Of a stretch of DNA of 64,000 nucleotides, positions 1 to 10,671 are shown piece by piece. A model generated the notes under the pieces. The model searched no databases, had not been told where the DNA came from, and worked only from the letters and a program-made list of their open reading frames with translations. The DNA comes from Antedon mediterranea. Taxonomy: Eukaryota; Animalia; Echinodermata. The position numbers and the translations under genes are program-made. The DNA is taken from positions 30,628,001-30,692,000 of the forward strand of contig NC_092674.1 of the NCBI RefSeq assembly GCF_964355755.1. Direction: 5' to 3'. Position 1 is the stretch's first letter. The number at the start of each line of letters is the position of its first letter.

Positions 1-58
1 TTTCGTCGATACGTTACGTCTGCGTCGTACTTCGTTGCGTCCTAGTGGGAACCAAGCT
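1..58. mobile_element. Right end of a palindromic Harbinger/Tourist-like MITE (AGCTTGGTTCCCACTAG family)
   Basis: Ends ...ctagtgggaaccaagct followed by TTA. Related copies lie at ~858-910, ~15380-15520, ~25820-25966 and ~26928-26990. Confidence 0.6.
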
Positions 59-1664
59 TTACCCATTAATCCCTTCTCAATCTATCGTACACACTCGTCA
101 ACATACTCGGGTAGGTGTAAATAATCTACTATATTAAAGTAGTGCGTGTGTACTTACACAATGGTAAAATTAAATATTCTATTAATATCGGAAACAATGG
201 TGTAGGCTTATTGTGTGTATGTAAATGTAATGTGGTATGACCCTGGCAACCACACACGATGGGTTAAATGATGACAGATGGACAAAAAAGGGGGAATTTC
301 CCTTTCTATTTTTATTTACAAACCCGGAAATCGCGGTTTTTGAAAATAATAAATCTTTTGTTATGACACTAGCATGGGAACATGTTAGTTCTACATCTCC
401 CATCAAAATACAAGGAGGCATGGGGGACGCACATGAATCACCCCGTCGTAGAACGATTTCTTCGACCGCCTGGGTCGGTCGTCCAGGAAAAGCTTGTTTA
501 TCTGTATGGTATCTGCTTACATAAACTTTAGTTTGAACTGTTCATGCTCCCACTCCTCTCCCCTCCTCCTCATTCCCCCTCTTTCCGTCCTTCCTCCCTC
601 GTTGCGTATATACCAAGTGCAGATACTGTAGTGGATTGCGGATTCTTGATGGATTTGATTGACCAGAACTAAAAATATAATCATTATTGATATTACATAC
701 ATGGTCTACATACACGTTAGTTATCATGATGACATTGTATGTAGGCCTAGTCAATGTTAGTACATTCACGTTCGTATTTTATAACATATTGATTGCATAT
801 AGACCTTTTATTTTCCCGGGGACCAATCATTTCGATTCAGGATGCTTCCTTTTTGTAGAAGCTTGGTTCCACACGCAACGCAGGGACGCAGATGTGACGC
901 AACGAAAGTAATTTGCAAAGGCTCACTGTTGCTTCATGGTGTAATTAGACCATTTGAATTGCGCGTAAGGCGTCCTGGCGTACATTTGTGCGTCCTCCTA
1001 AAAAATCATTTAGGGAATCGTATACTTTCAGTATCGTGGTAGACCTACTGTTATTTATTTTTATTTATTTTCTTTTGAGGCAAATTGCCAAGGATAACCA
1101 CAATTTAATTCATTCATTATCCTTCTCAAAGGTGGCAATCCCTTTAAAGTTGAAAAGAAATAACTCAATGTTAATGAACATTATAAAAACAAACATCTTT
1201 GCACTACAATAGATTTGTTTGGTTTGGTTTTATTATTTCAAGTACCCTGGTATAATGGAGGTTTAATTTCGTTATACAATTACTGCAACGTAATATCTCC
1301 TTTTGTTGTTTCCTCTTTGTCAAAAAGCCAAAAACATAAAATAGGCTTTTACCAAAATTCCCACTTGCTCGCTAGTGTCTGTTGCAAACAAGGAAGTAAA
1401 TACTTTCTTAGAACGTATATAAACAGCTTGTATAATAATAGTCTGTTAATAAGTGACTACAGTATTTATATATTTGACGTCATTTATTGCATACGTTTTC
1501 TGTTGTGATCCTCATAGAGATTTCAGTAGACCTACATACTATTTGATGTATTCAAACTACTGTGTCGTCCGCCGCGTCATATCATCGTATGATGCCTAGT
1601 ATGTTTTGATTCAAATTGGTATCTCCTGTCAACAATAGGAAAAAAGACATTTTTACTGATCCGC

Positions 1665-1780
1665 TCTGTTGCTGCTTCGTTCTGTTGCTGCTCAGTTCTA
1701 TTGCTGCTCTGTTCCGTTGCTGCTTCGTTCTGTTGCTGCTCCGTCCTGTTGCTGCTTCGTTCTGTTGCTGCTCCGCTCTG
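1665..1780. repeat. Degenerate ~15-bp tandem repeat (ctgttgctgcttcgtt) just upstream of the otopetrin start
   Basis: Repeated ctgttgctgct units seen directly. They account for the spurious N-terminal ORF extension from 1616. Confidence 0.8.
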
Positions 1781-1795
1781 TACAGTGTTGTAAAA

Positions 1796-3643
1796 ATGTC
1801 TTCTGTTACAAGCCCACTGATCGTCAACACTTCACGACGTCCGAAAACTCTATCATTTGGACAGGTTTTGGTGCAGTTACTGCGAACAGGACTAAGAAGT
1901 AACGAAAATAATCCACCACCAGAAAGCGAGGATGGATGCTATGCTTCTCTTCTCTTTTTCATCGCCTTATGTTCCTTCGGATCTGTCATGATCTTTTCCA
2001 GCATGATGTGTCGTGACCTTTTATCTTATGGCACAATGTCAATTTTTTTGATTATATTAATAGTATTTGATTTGACAGTCATGTTTTACTTCATGAAATC
2101 AAAACAAAGGTGGATTGATAAGTCAATTGTGCTGTTGAATTCTTCCTCCTCGGAGCGACGTGTACATAACAACGCCACTGAGATGACACCAATCAATGGT
2201 GGTCCACGTGACCTCCCTTCAGAAAACAGTATCCCGAATGAATCGCGTGTAAGGCACCAGAAATCCAGTCTTTCTTTGCTTGGCATATACATATTTGGCA
2301 GTATTACACTTGTCATGTTTTCAATTGATATGGTTCAAGTCGGAACATGCATTCCTTTTTTCCTCAACGACTTCAATACGATGAGATACTTCAATGAAGA
2401 TATTTTGTACGTCATCTTCCGTGGCACATGCAATGTTTTCTTCTGCGGGCAGATTGCTTTCTTCGTCTGTTTCAAAAACACTAGATTCGTGAGCAGTCCG
2501 TGGTTCTGTTATTCCATCCTCATGTTCGTAAGTCTCAACTTCTTTGCTCTGCTTGAGGGATTGGTGTATATCGCATCTGATCGAATTAATGTTGAACTGC
2601 CATGGCAGCGCCGTGAAGGATTCAAACACATATCTGATTACGATATTCAATGTTATAACAGCACTCGGCTGTTTGATCAGAGTGTGTTTATCATGCACGA
2701 CATATGCTACCCGTTTGCTATTGAATTCTTTATTCTCTCCATTGGAATATTTCTTCATCATTGGTTTAGCCTCGTGCAAAATCCAAGCAGAGCTACTACG
2801 CGTGCGCCGAATAATAGTGAACTGCCGCCGCGTACGCGTTATTGCGACGAACAAGATAGCGTGTCTACTGCTGATCACCATCATCATCAAGAAAGACATT
2901 GCTCATTCGTTCTGCTGTTTGCCATCTTCATGGCATTACTTCTCATTGTGTCTGCTGCTATGCTTATATTTCAAGGTACCCTGCGTCAAATCGTTTACAT
3001 TTATCACACAGTCAGGCTGCTTTATCAGGCCTTGTTAATCGTACCTGTCATGCTCGGCGTTCGATACCTGTCGTATTTCCGATACGACAGAAAACAGGCT
3101 CTTGACGGAAGCGAGATGCTTCTTGTCAGTACTGTTACGGGTACATTTTTGGTCACCGCATTTACTGCTATAACATCGTCAACACTGCTGTATGAATTTA
3201 ATAATTATATTCCGGAGAATATCACTGGCAAAAGTGTTGTTGACGGTTTTGACGTTACGGGCACGGATTCTGCTCTTTGTTTGACGTACTCAATCGTAAA
3301 CTACTTTCAGATTTTTATTCAGACATGTTTCTTTATTGCCGCTCGTCGTCGAATACCGTCACGTCATGCTTCAGTAACTTCTTACAAGCTCTGTGAATGC
3401 TTCCTGTATCTTGCTGTCTGCAACGCGTTCATTTTGGCAACGGACACGTTTATCGCGCTCAAAAACTTCCACGTCGAATCACCAACAAACGTCTGGTTTT
3501 TTGGCGCACGTGATTGGAACATCATTGTAAGCGTGCTCTTTCCAGTAGCAGAGTTGTATCATTTCCACTCTGTCTTGCTGTGCAGTGAACTTTACTTGGA
3601 TTTTAGAGTTGATTATAGACTTCTTTCTTTTGAATTAAATTAA
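1796..3643 (+). CDS. Otopetrin-like proton channel, intronless, 615 aa from ATG 1796
   Basis: About 12 hydrophobic segments. Otopetrin-like motifs YPFAIEF, Q-x3-Q-TCF, CNAF and C-terminal FPVAELYHFHS (cf. FYR[MF]HS). ATG 1796 aligns with the paralog start. Confidence 0.85.
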   Translation: MSSVTSPLIVNTSRRPKTLSFGQVLVQLLRTGLRSNENNPPPESEDGCYASLLFFIALCSFGSVMIFSSMMCRDLLSYGTMSIFLIILIVFDLTVMFYFMKSKQRWIDKSIVLLNSSSSERRVHNNATEMTPINGGPRDLPSENSIPNESRVRHQKSSLSLLGIYIFGSITLVMFSIDMVQVGTCIPFFLNDFNTMRYFNEDILYVIFRGTCNVFFCGQIAFFVCFKNTRFVSSPWFCYSILMFVSLNFFALLEGLVYIASDRINVELPWQRREGFKHISDYDIQCYNSTRLFDQSVFIMHDICYPFAIEFFILSIGIFLHHWFSLVQNPSRATTRAPNNSELPPRTRYCDEQDSVSTADHHHHQERHCSFVLLFAIFMALLLIVSAAMLIFQGTLRQIVYIYHTVRLLYQALLIVPVMLGVRYLSYFRYDRKQALDGSEMLLVSTVTGTFLVTAFTAITSSTLLYEFNNYIPENITGKSVVDGFDVTGTDSALCLTYSIVNYFQIFIQTCFFIAARRRIPSRHASVTSYKLCECFLYLAVCNAFILATDTFIALKNFHVESPTNVWFFGARDWNIIVSVLFPVAELYHFHSVLLCSELYLDFRVDYRLLSFELN

Positions 3644-4851
3644 GTTTTGAAATGCAGACTTCGTCAAAAATAATTGTGTAGTTTTAATGAACTTTCACCC
3701 AAATGTAATTTCTAAAAACAATTTTGTGAAAAACAAAAGTAATTTATGTTTGAATTAGGTTTCAGACGCGTGATCACTAACACATTAATCTCCACTTGTT
3801 TCATAAATAATTGTTTAACTTCTTCATAAAACAAGTTTCAATACAAATATTATGATACAATGTTGATGATATAATTATTCGATCATCATGCTATTAATAT
3901 GCTATATTACTGTATTTAGGAAAATACATCTGCATTGCCTTATAGTAAATTTATCTGTTCGAATAAATTTGTTTTGGGTTTTTTTTTCTAATTCGATATG
4001 TACTTATTTATTTATTTTATGTCTTTAGGCTATGTATATTTTTTTACGCAGAAAGATATAAAACTGGCGGTTGAATAAAAGAACACAATTCTGTGAATAC
4101 TGTACATTTTGGATAAACATTGTACACAAAGGAATGTTGATAAAATGCATTGTCATGCATTACTGTATATAATAATAACAACCTCTCTAGTTTTACAGTT
4201 ATTGAGAGCCTAACAGTCTTTATGCGCATGCTCGTAATATGTTTCTAAACATGCGCAGAATGACTTGTTAGGCCTACTCGACTCATAGGTGCGTAGTTTT
4301 GTTGCGCGTGTCGTTTGAAAACATAGTAATCTAATTCTTAACTTAAATTTAATGCTTACAGAACATTTCTCAATTCTTTATATTAAAGTATTTTGTATTC
4401 AGTTTTCGGCGTTGAGATCACCAATGTATATTGCTATGTTTATTTTATAACAATCTAAATATAGATTAAAATAGATGAAAATTGGAAAATCTCTTCTACA
4501 AAATATAGATTAAATATTATACATGAAAATTAGAAGAAGCTTCTAGAAAATATATTTATAATGTATTCTATACCTGTAAATTGTTTATACGACTTATATA
4601 TTATACAAACTATGCTTAGATGAAACAGGAAGATTGCTTCGGCAAATATAGACTGGTTATTATTAAATATTGTCATTGATCATTATCATTTTCAATTTAA
4701 TAATGAGAAACCGAAACTATGATAGTTTTCTATTAACTTTCTATTGCACAAATAAATGATATAACTGATAACACATTATCACGAGTTAGTTTCTTATCAG
4801 AACCAAGCAGACAAAGTATGAAACATTTCATTACATTTTTATGTTTTAAAC

Positions 4852-6645
4852 ATGTCTGCCATTAATTTTGCATTGATATCACCCGACACACCAAGAAGCC
4901 GGACACGTATTTCAATTGGACAAGTGTTGGTGCACTTACTGCGAACAGGACTAAGGAGTAACGAAGATAATCCACCACGAGAAAGCGAGGATGGATGCTA
5001 TGCTTCTCTCCTCCTTTTTATTTGGCTCTCTTCTTTGTCTTTTGCAATGAGTTTTTCCTCATTGACGACAGGTTTCAATTTATCGGTCAGTACGGGACAG
5101 CTTTTATCGCTCGTTCTACTAATGTTTAATTCCATCAACATTTTATATTTTATCAAAACTAAAAGCAAGTGGACGGAACCCGGTGCCGCATTGCATGAAA
5201 TGCATGACAACACTACGGAGCGTGACGTCATTGAACTACGTAATATGTCAGATGTTTCGGCGCCGTTTCAAGTGTCCACAACATGCGGCAACAAGAAACA
5301 CACAACGTCAAACCTGTCATTGTTCGGCGTTTTCATCTTTGCTAGTTTCTCTCTTATTATGTTCACAGCAGACATCATACAAGTTGCAACCTGTTTACCT
5401 TTCTTTCACAACGAATACAGTAATGATTTATATATACAACAGGACATAATCTACATCGTTGTTCGAACCTTTTCGAACATGTATATCTGTATTAAAATTG
5501 CCTTTATGATTTGCTTCAAAAATATTAAATTTGTAAGTAGTGTGTGGTTCTGCTATTCGATCTTGCTATATGTGGCTTTGGATTTTGTTTACATGATAGA
5601 AGGTTTAATGTATACTGCTTTTGTTCGTCTGAATATCACCGCTCCATGGGACTCACGTGACCAACCAGATACTCCGACATCGCGTTACGATTCGCTGTGC
5701 TATAACAAAACTCGAGCGTATGATGACGTTGTGTTCGCCATCCAGAACGTCTTCTACCCGTTTACGATAGAATTTTATATTCTGTCAATTGGAATATTTC
5801 TTCATTATTGGTTTAATGCAAGTTTGCCAACTAAACGGAGCAGAATCGTAAATGGGTATGGTGCTATCGTTAACGATGATGCAGTAACGAATCGTAGACC
5901 TACGGTTGCTGAGCAACAAGATGAAATGGTTCACTACTCATCCACTATTCCATTAGCTATTGTCATGTCTTTGCTTTTACTTGGATCATCTATATTTCTA
6001 CAATTTGACCAATTGTTAACAGTTGTTTACATATATCATACAATCAGGATTATCTACAAAGTGTTGATGATCATACCTGTGGTATTGGGTGTTGGATATT
6101 TGTCGTATTTATCATACGATCGAAAACCATCTCTCGACGGAAGCGAGAAGCTGCTCTTTGGCACAGTCACTGCGACGTTTTTGACTACTGCGTTCACAGC
6201 TCTGACGTCATCGTTGCTTCTGCATCAGTTCAGCATCAAACCAGCTGCCGATGTACCGGTATCCGGTAAAGATGGTCACGTGAACGTGACAGTTGAGGAT
6301 TCTGTTATCTGCTTGGTGTACTCTATCATTAATTACTTTCAAGTTGCAATGCAGACATGTTTCTTTATTTCTGCTCGTCGTCGTCAGCACCCACTTGCCT
6401 CACACGTCAGTACCGTAAGCCAGCGGCGGCTTCGCGAGTGCTTCTTATACCTTGCTATTTGCAATGCTTTTATTCTGCTTTCGGGTCCGTTTAAACTTAT
6501 AAGCGTCGAAGTAACGAACGTCTGGTATTTTGGTGAGCGTCAATGGAGTATCATTGAAAGCTTGCTCTTTCCAATCGAAGAGTTGTACTACTTCCATTCC
6601 GTTTTACTTTGTAGTGAACTGTACCTGTTCTTTAAGGTTGAATAG
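4852..6645 (+). CDS. Otopetrin-like proton channel, intronless tandem paralog, 597 aa
   Basis: Colinear with 1796..3643. Motifs YPFTIEFY, NYFQVAMQTCF, CNAF and FPIEELYYFHS. Confidence 0.85.
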   Translation: MSAINFALISPDTPRSRTRISIGQVLVHLLRTGLRSNEDNPPRESEDGCYASLLLFIWLSSLSFAMSFSSLTTGFNLSVSTGQLLSLVLLMFNSINILYFIKTKSKWTEPGAALHEMHDNTTERDVIELRNMSDVSAPFQVSTTCGNKKHTTSNLSLFGVFIFASFSLIMFTADIIQVATCLPFFHNEYSNDLYIQQDIIYIVVRTFSNMYICIKIAFMICFKNIKFVSSVWFCYSILLYVALDFVYMIEGLMYTAFVRLNITAPWDSRDQPDTPTSRYDSLCYNKTRAYDDVVFAIQNVFYPFTIEFYILSIGIFLHYWFNASLPTKRSRIVNGYGAIVNDDAVTNRRPTVAEQQDEMVHYSSTIPLAIVMSLLLLGSSIFLQFDQLLTVVYIYHTIRIIYKVLMIIPVVLGVGYLSYLSYDRKPSLDGSEKLLFGTVTATFLTTAFTALTSSLLLHQFSIKPAADVPVSGKDGHVNVTVEDSVICLVYSIINYFQVAMQTCFFISARRRQHPLASHVSTVSQRRLRECFLYLAICNAFILLSGPFKLISVEVTNVWYFGERQWSIIESLLFPIEELYYFHSVLLCSELYLFFKVE

Positions 6646-7004
6646 ACTGTTTGTGTACAGTAGACAATAAGTGTTATGTGATGGTATAAATACAGAAAAG
6701 CAAACAAAACTTGTTTGAATTAGTACTGTACCTCACCATTGTTGTTGAATCAACTTGTTATGATGTAGATAATGTGGTTTTATATTGTGTAGTCTATACA
6801 ATCCAATTAAATTCTTTATTAATACATCAAAACAAATTTGATACAATTATTTAACACTGCAAGAAGGTAGGCAACAAAACAAACAAATAAACAACATCGA
6901 AACTTTCAAAAACAATTAATTATGTCTCCTAAACAGGCGGAGTTAACATACTGTACGGTAATTGATAACAGGCAAAATAATATCCAAATCATGCGCGCCC
7001 CTAT

Positions 7005-7936
7005 TAGTCCAGATCCCAATGTATTTTCGTGTGCAGATCATGGGGAAAGTGTAAACATTGTGTTTTATGAATATTTGAATTATGCTGGTTATAAAACCCC
7101 ATGTTGTCAAATTTCTAAAATTCATCTTTGACCTCAATTTGATTGTTTTGACCCATTGAAAACTAAATGATCATATCTTTGCAACGCTTAAATTAAATGA
7201 AATAATGTTAGTGTCAAATTATTTGGGAGATGCATATTAATATTCTAATGGAAAAGTTTGTCCAAAAATGGCTGGAAGTATGATTTTTGGCATATTTGAC
7301 CTTTGACCTACATATCATATAACTCCGTAACTATAATAGTTGGACAAACTTTAAATAGGGCTCAAATTAATCTGAAGGTATATGTTTCTATTCAGTCAGT
7401 ATTTAAAAAATAAATAATAAGAACTTTTTCAAGAAAATGACCCAAAATATTTTTATTGACCTTTGACCTGTACTGGTAGTACATATTTCTATAATCTCAA
7501 AAACTATTGGCCGTAAAATGGTTGTTTTTGTGAAATGGTTCGAAAAATTTACATTTATATGTTGTATAATAACAACATTTTATAGAAATTTAAAAGAATT
7601 CTATTTATGATCACTAACTTTGTAATTTATTAACATCACTAGCATTTGTTATAATATTAAAATGTGTCATATTTGCTGATTTTAAGCACTTCACATGAAT
7701 TTATCAGAAAATATGTGTATTTAATATAAAATTCTTTTTTTTTTATATAAAGAAAATTTAATTGTCTATCAAATAAGACTATTTTCAAATTATTATGGCT
7801 AAAACTTAATTAGATACAGGCAAAAAAGTGTATTTTTACTTATGTGAACAGCGCCCTCAATCTTCATTTTTTCATGTTTACACTTTCCCCATGATCTGCA
7901 CACGAAGGCACTTTTTTGACATAGGGATCTGGACTA
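7005..7936. mobile_element. Non-autonomous DNA transposon (MITE), ~930 bp
   Basis: Left arm tagtccagatccc...ttcgtgtgcagatcatggggaaagtgtaaacat; its reverse complement lies at ~7873-7936. AT-rich non-coding interior. Confidence 0.75.
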
Positions 7937-8086
7937 TATAAAAAGAATGAAGTTGTCATTGTCATTTCAATAATCAAAATAAATTGCTCCCTTTCTAACA
8001 TGTCTCAAAATTGTACATACAAATAAAAGAAAGACATTTAGAACAGATTATGGGAGCTTCATAAAAGTCAGGTCTGATGATCACTA

Positions 8087-8263
8087 ATAAGGTTTATCGC
8101 AGTGTGCTCGACGCATGGTGGGAGAGTTTGAGAGAAAACGTCACGACGCGTACGTACAAACAACAAATCACGTACGTACGTGACGTTTGCTCTCAAACCC
8201 TTCCCACCATGCATTGTGCAATGACGTTCCTCGCGAATTCAAGCTATTTGCGATAAACATTAT
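8087..8263. mobile_element. Small fold-back MITE
   Basis: Termini ataaggtttatcgca / tgcgataaacattat. Internal arms gcatggtgggagagtttgagag..aaacgtcacg / cgtgacgttt..ctctcaaacccttcccaccatgc. Confidence 0.7.
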
Positions 8264-8749
8264 CATATTGAAATGGTACGGACTAATTTTGAGTTTTCTT
8301 TGTTTATAAGCAAGCCCAGCAAACCCTGTTTACAATTTAGTGTTTAGATTCTCCTGTAGAGTCCTCTTAAACGTGTACCACATTTAGCTCTGATTTTACG
8401 CAATTGTTCCCTTCGCAAAAAGTAGTAATTTCGCTGAAACAAAAAACTAAAAGAACTAGAATCAGAAATGATTTTCAGAAGAAATTGTAATTATGCATTA
8501 TAAAATTATTTAAATATACCCTATAAAGTGTATAAGTATATTAGTTAATAAATCATAATATTATACTACAATCATATTTTATAAAATACGTTTTTTTTAT
8601 CTAGACTTAAATGTGGGTGAAATCCCTACTAAAGAGAAAACAATGAACTATAATCATGAATAAATAACCTGTAAAGTTGTCAGTGTGTATTTTAAAGTTA
8701 AATTTCTAAACTTAGTGGTTTACTGAAACACTTTCGATACTTGATTTAA

Positions 8750-8885
8750 CCGGTTTCCCATTTATACACCCGGGCTGAGAGAAGCAAACGTAAGTAAAGT
8801 ATAAAGGATACAAGCAATGCGACGAGAGTTGGATTCGAACCTCGATCAGTAGTCGAACGTTCAACACACTGCGCCACATACCCCT
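8750..8885 (-). mobile_element. tRNA-derived SINE, degenerate
   Basis: Minus strand has an A-box TGGCGCAGTG and a B-box GGTTCGAATCC, followed by SINE body cttctctcagcccgggtgtataaatggg. No complete cloverleaf. Confidence 0.6.
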
Positions 8886-9113
8886 ATTTAATCACACTCT
8901 TGTTTACAAGACCAGCCAATTCTGGATTATGAGTGAACAAATATATAATATAGCAATTAAAAACAAGCACAGATAAAAGAAATCCAAAAAATAACAAGTT
9001 TTAACAGTCTTACAACACCAAAGTAGAGTAGAAAGGGAATAGTTTGTCTTATCCTGATATGGTTGGGTTGCTAACGAAACGTGACTCTTCGGTTACTATC
9101 GCCGTATCATCTG

Positions 9114-10237
9114 GGGTGTCACGAAACCTAAGACCACGAAAGCTAAGACCCCCTAAGACCTAAGATCACGAAAGCTAAGACCCAAGACCTAAGATTACAA
9201 ATTCTAAGATATACTACAGCTTAAAAACAATACTTGTTTATCCATACATAATTTTAAACACAGTAGGTTTCATTTATTACCATAAATATAATTTAATACC
9301 ACCGCAAAACATAGATAAACTCACATTATTTTCGCCTGTTGAGTAAATGTATATTTTTTCTTTACAACAAACAAACTTGACGGGGTGTTTGTTTGTATAT
9401 ATTTACTCCATTGTGTTGGTTCAGAGGATGTTTTTCTTACGCACCTGCCTTTCTTGTATTTTGACAAATTTGTTGACTAACTTTATCCTGAACACCACAC
9501 TTTAAAATTAGGACTTATAAGTACTTTCAGAAGGAGAAACACATAATAACAAATAAATAAATCCTTTAAATTTATGATTTTACAGATGTGTTTCTTTGTA
9601 TACTCAGGGAAGAGTTAAATTAGTTAACTCTTCCCTGGTATACTGTAATGTAACTCCTCGAGCTCCCCATGCTCAATGTTTTTGTTTCTATGGAGCGCCA
9701 AAAGAGCAACAATAATAGTACAAGTATAAAAACAGAAAGAAAACGAAACAAAAAAACTTATCATGAATTTTTAATTAAAATTTATTTGCCAGTATTTATT
9801 TCCTCGTACTTGCATGATTATACTATTAACATTACAATTTTAATTTTACATTGTTCCATCCACACTGTAGATGGACTCCACAGAGTTTTCAGCCCTCTAT
9901 ATAATTTTTGCTCTTTTGACGTTCCATAGAAACAAAAACATTGAACATGGGGTAGGCCTACTGAACTGTACTGTGTTGGCTAGTCATTTTGTGTGCGAGA
10001 AAAACGTCTGTAAAATCATCAAATCATCATTTAAAAATGCATTTGTTACTTTTTATGTGATTCTTTTTCATGAAAGTGCCAATTCTAAGGTGTGGTATTC
10101 AGAATAAATGTTGGGAGTTAAAATACAAGGCAGGTGCGAAAGATAAATATTTGTAATCTTAGGTCTTGGGTCTTAGCTTTCGTGATCTTAGGTCTTAGGG
10201 GGTCTTAGGTTTCGTGGTCTTAGGTTTCGTGACACCC
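9114..10237. mobile_element. MULE-like non-autonomous element with ~88-bp TIRs, inserted in a 100-bp repeat unit
   Basis: gggtgtcacgaaacctaagacc... at 9114, with reverse complement ending at 10237. Imperfect 10-bp TSD gtatcatctg/gtatcagggg. It interrupts a unit that is intact at 10261-10660. Confidence 0.75.
9665..9952. mobile_element. Nested MITE with ~45-bp TIRs
   Basis: ccccatgctcaatgtttttgtttctatggagcgccaaaagagcaa versus ttgctcttttgacgttccatagaaacaaaaacattgaacatgggg. Confidence 0.7.
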
Positions 10238-10247
10238 GTATCAGGGG

Positions 10248-10671
10248 TGTAGTCTTGTTGCCTAGGTCTACTGTAGTTTGTCTTATCCTGATATGGTTGG
10301 GTTGCTAACGAAACGTGACTCTTCGGTTACTATCGCCGTATCATCTGTGTAGTCTTGTTGCCTAGGTCTACTGTAGTTTGTCTTATCCTGATATGGTTGG
10401 GTTGCTAACGAAACGTGACTCTTCGGTTACTATCGCCGTATCATCTGTGTAGTCTTGTTGCCTAGGTCTACTGTAGTTTGTCTTATCCTGATATGGTTGG
10501 GTTGCTAACGAAACGTGACTCTTCGGTTACTATCGCCGTATCATCTGTGTAGTCTTGTTGCCTAGGTCTACTGTAGTTTGTTTTATCCTGATATGGTTGG
10601 GTTGCTAACGAAACGTGACTCTTCGGTTACTATCGCCGTATCATCTGTGTAGTCTTGTCGCCTAGGTCTAC
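10248..10671. repeat. 100-bp tandem repeat (~4.2 copies, plus an interrupted copy starting at ~9040)
   Basis: cctaggtcta recurs at 10261, 10361, 10461, 10561 and 10661. The unit includes the stop-codon end of the TSP1 gene's last exon. Confidence 0.95.

Noticed and set aside
1616-1795. N-terminal Cys/Leu-rich extension of otopetrin 1
   Set aside because: Starts at TTG, is encoded by a simple repeat, and is absent from the paralog.
2321-2899. 192-aa antisense ORF and similar overlapping ORFs
   Set aside because: Shadow frames of real coding sequence with no recognisable motifs.
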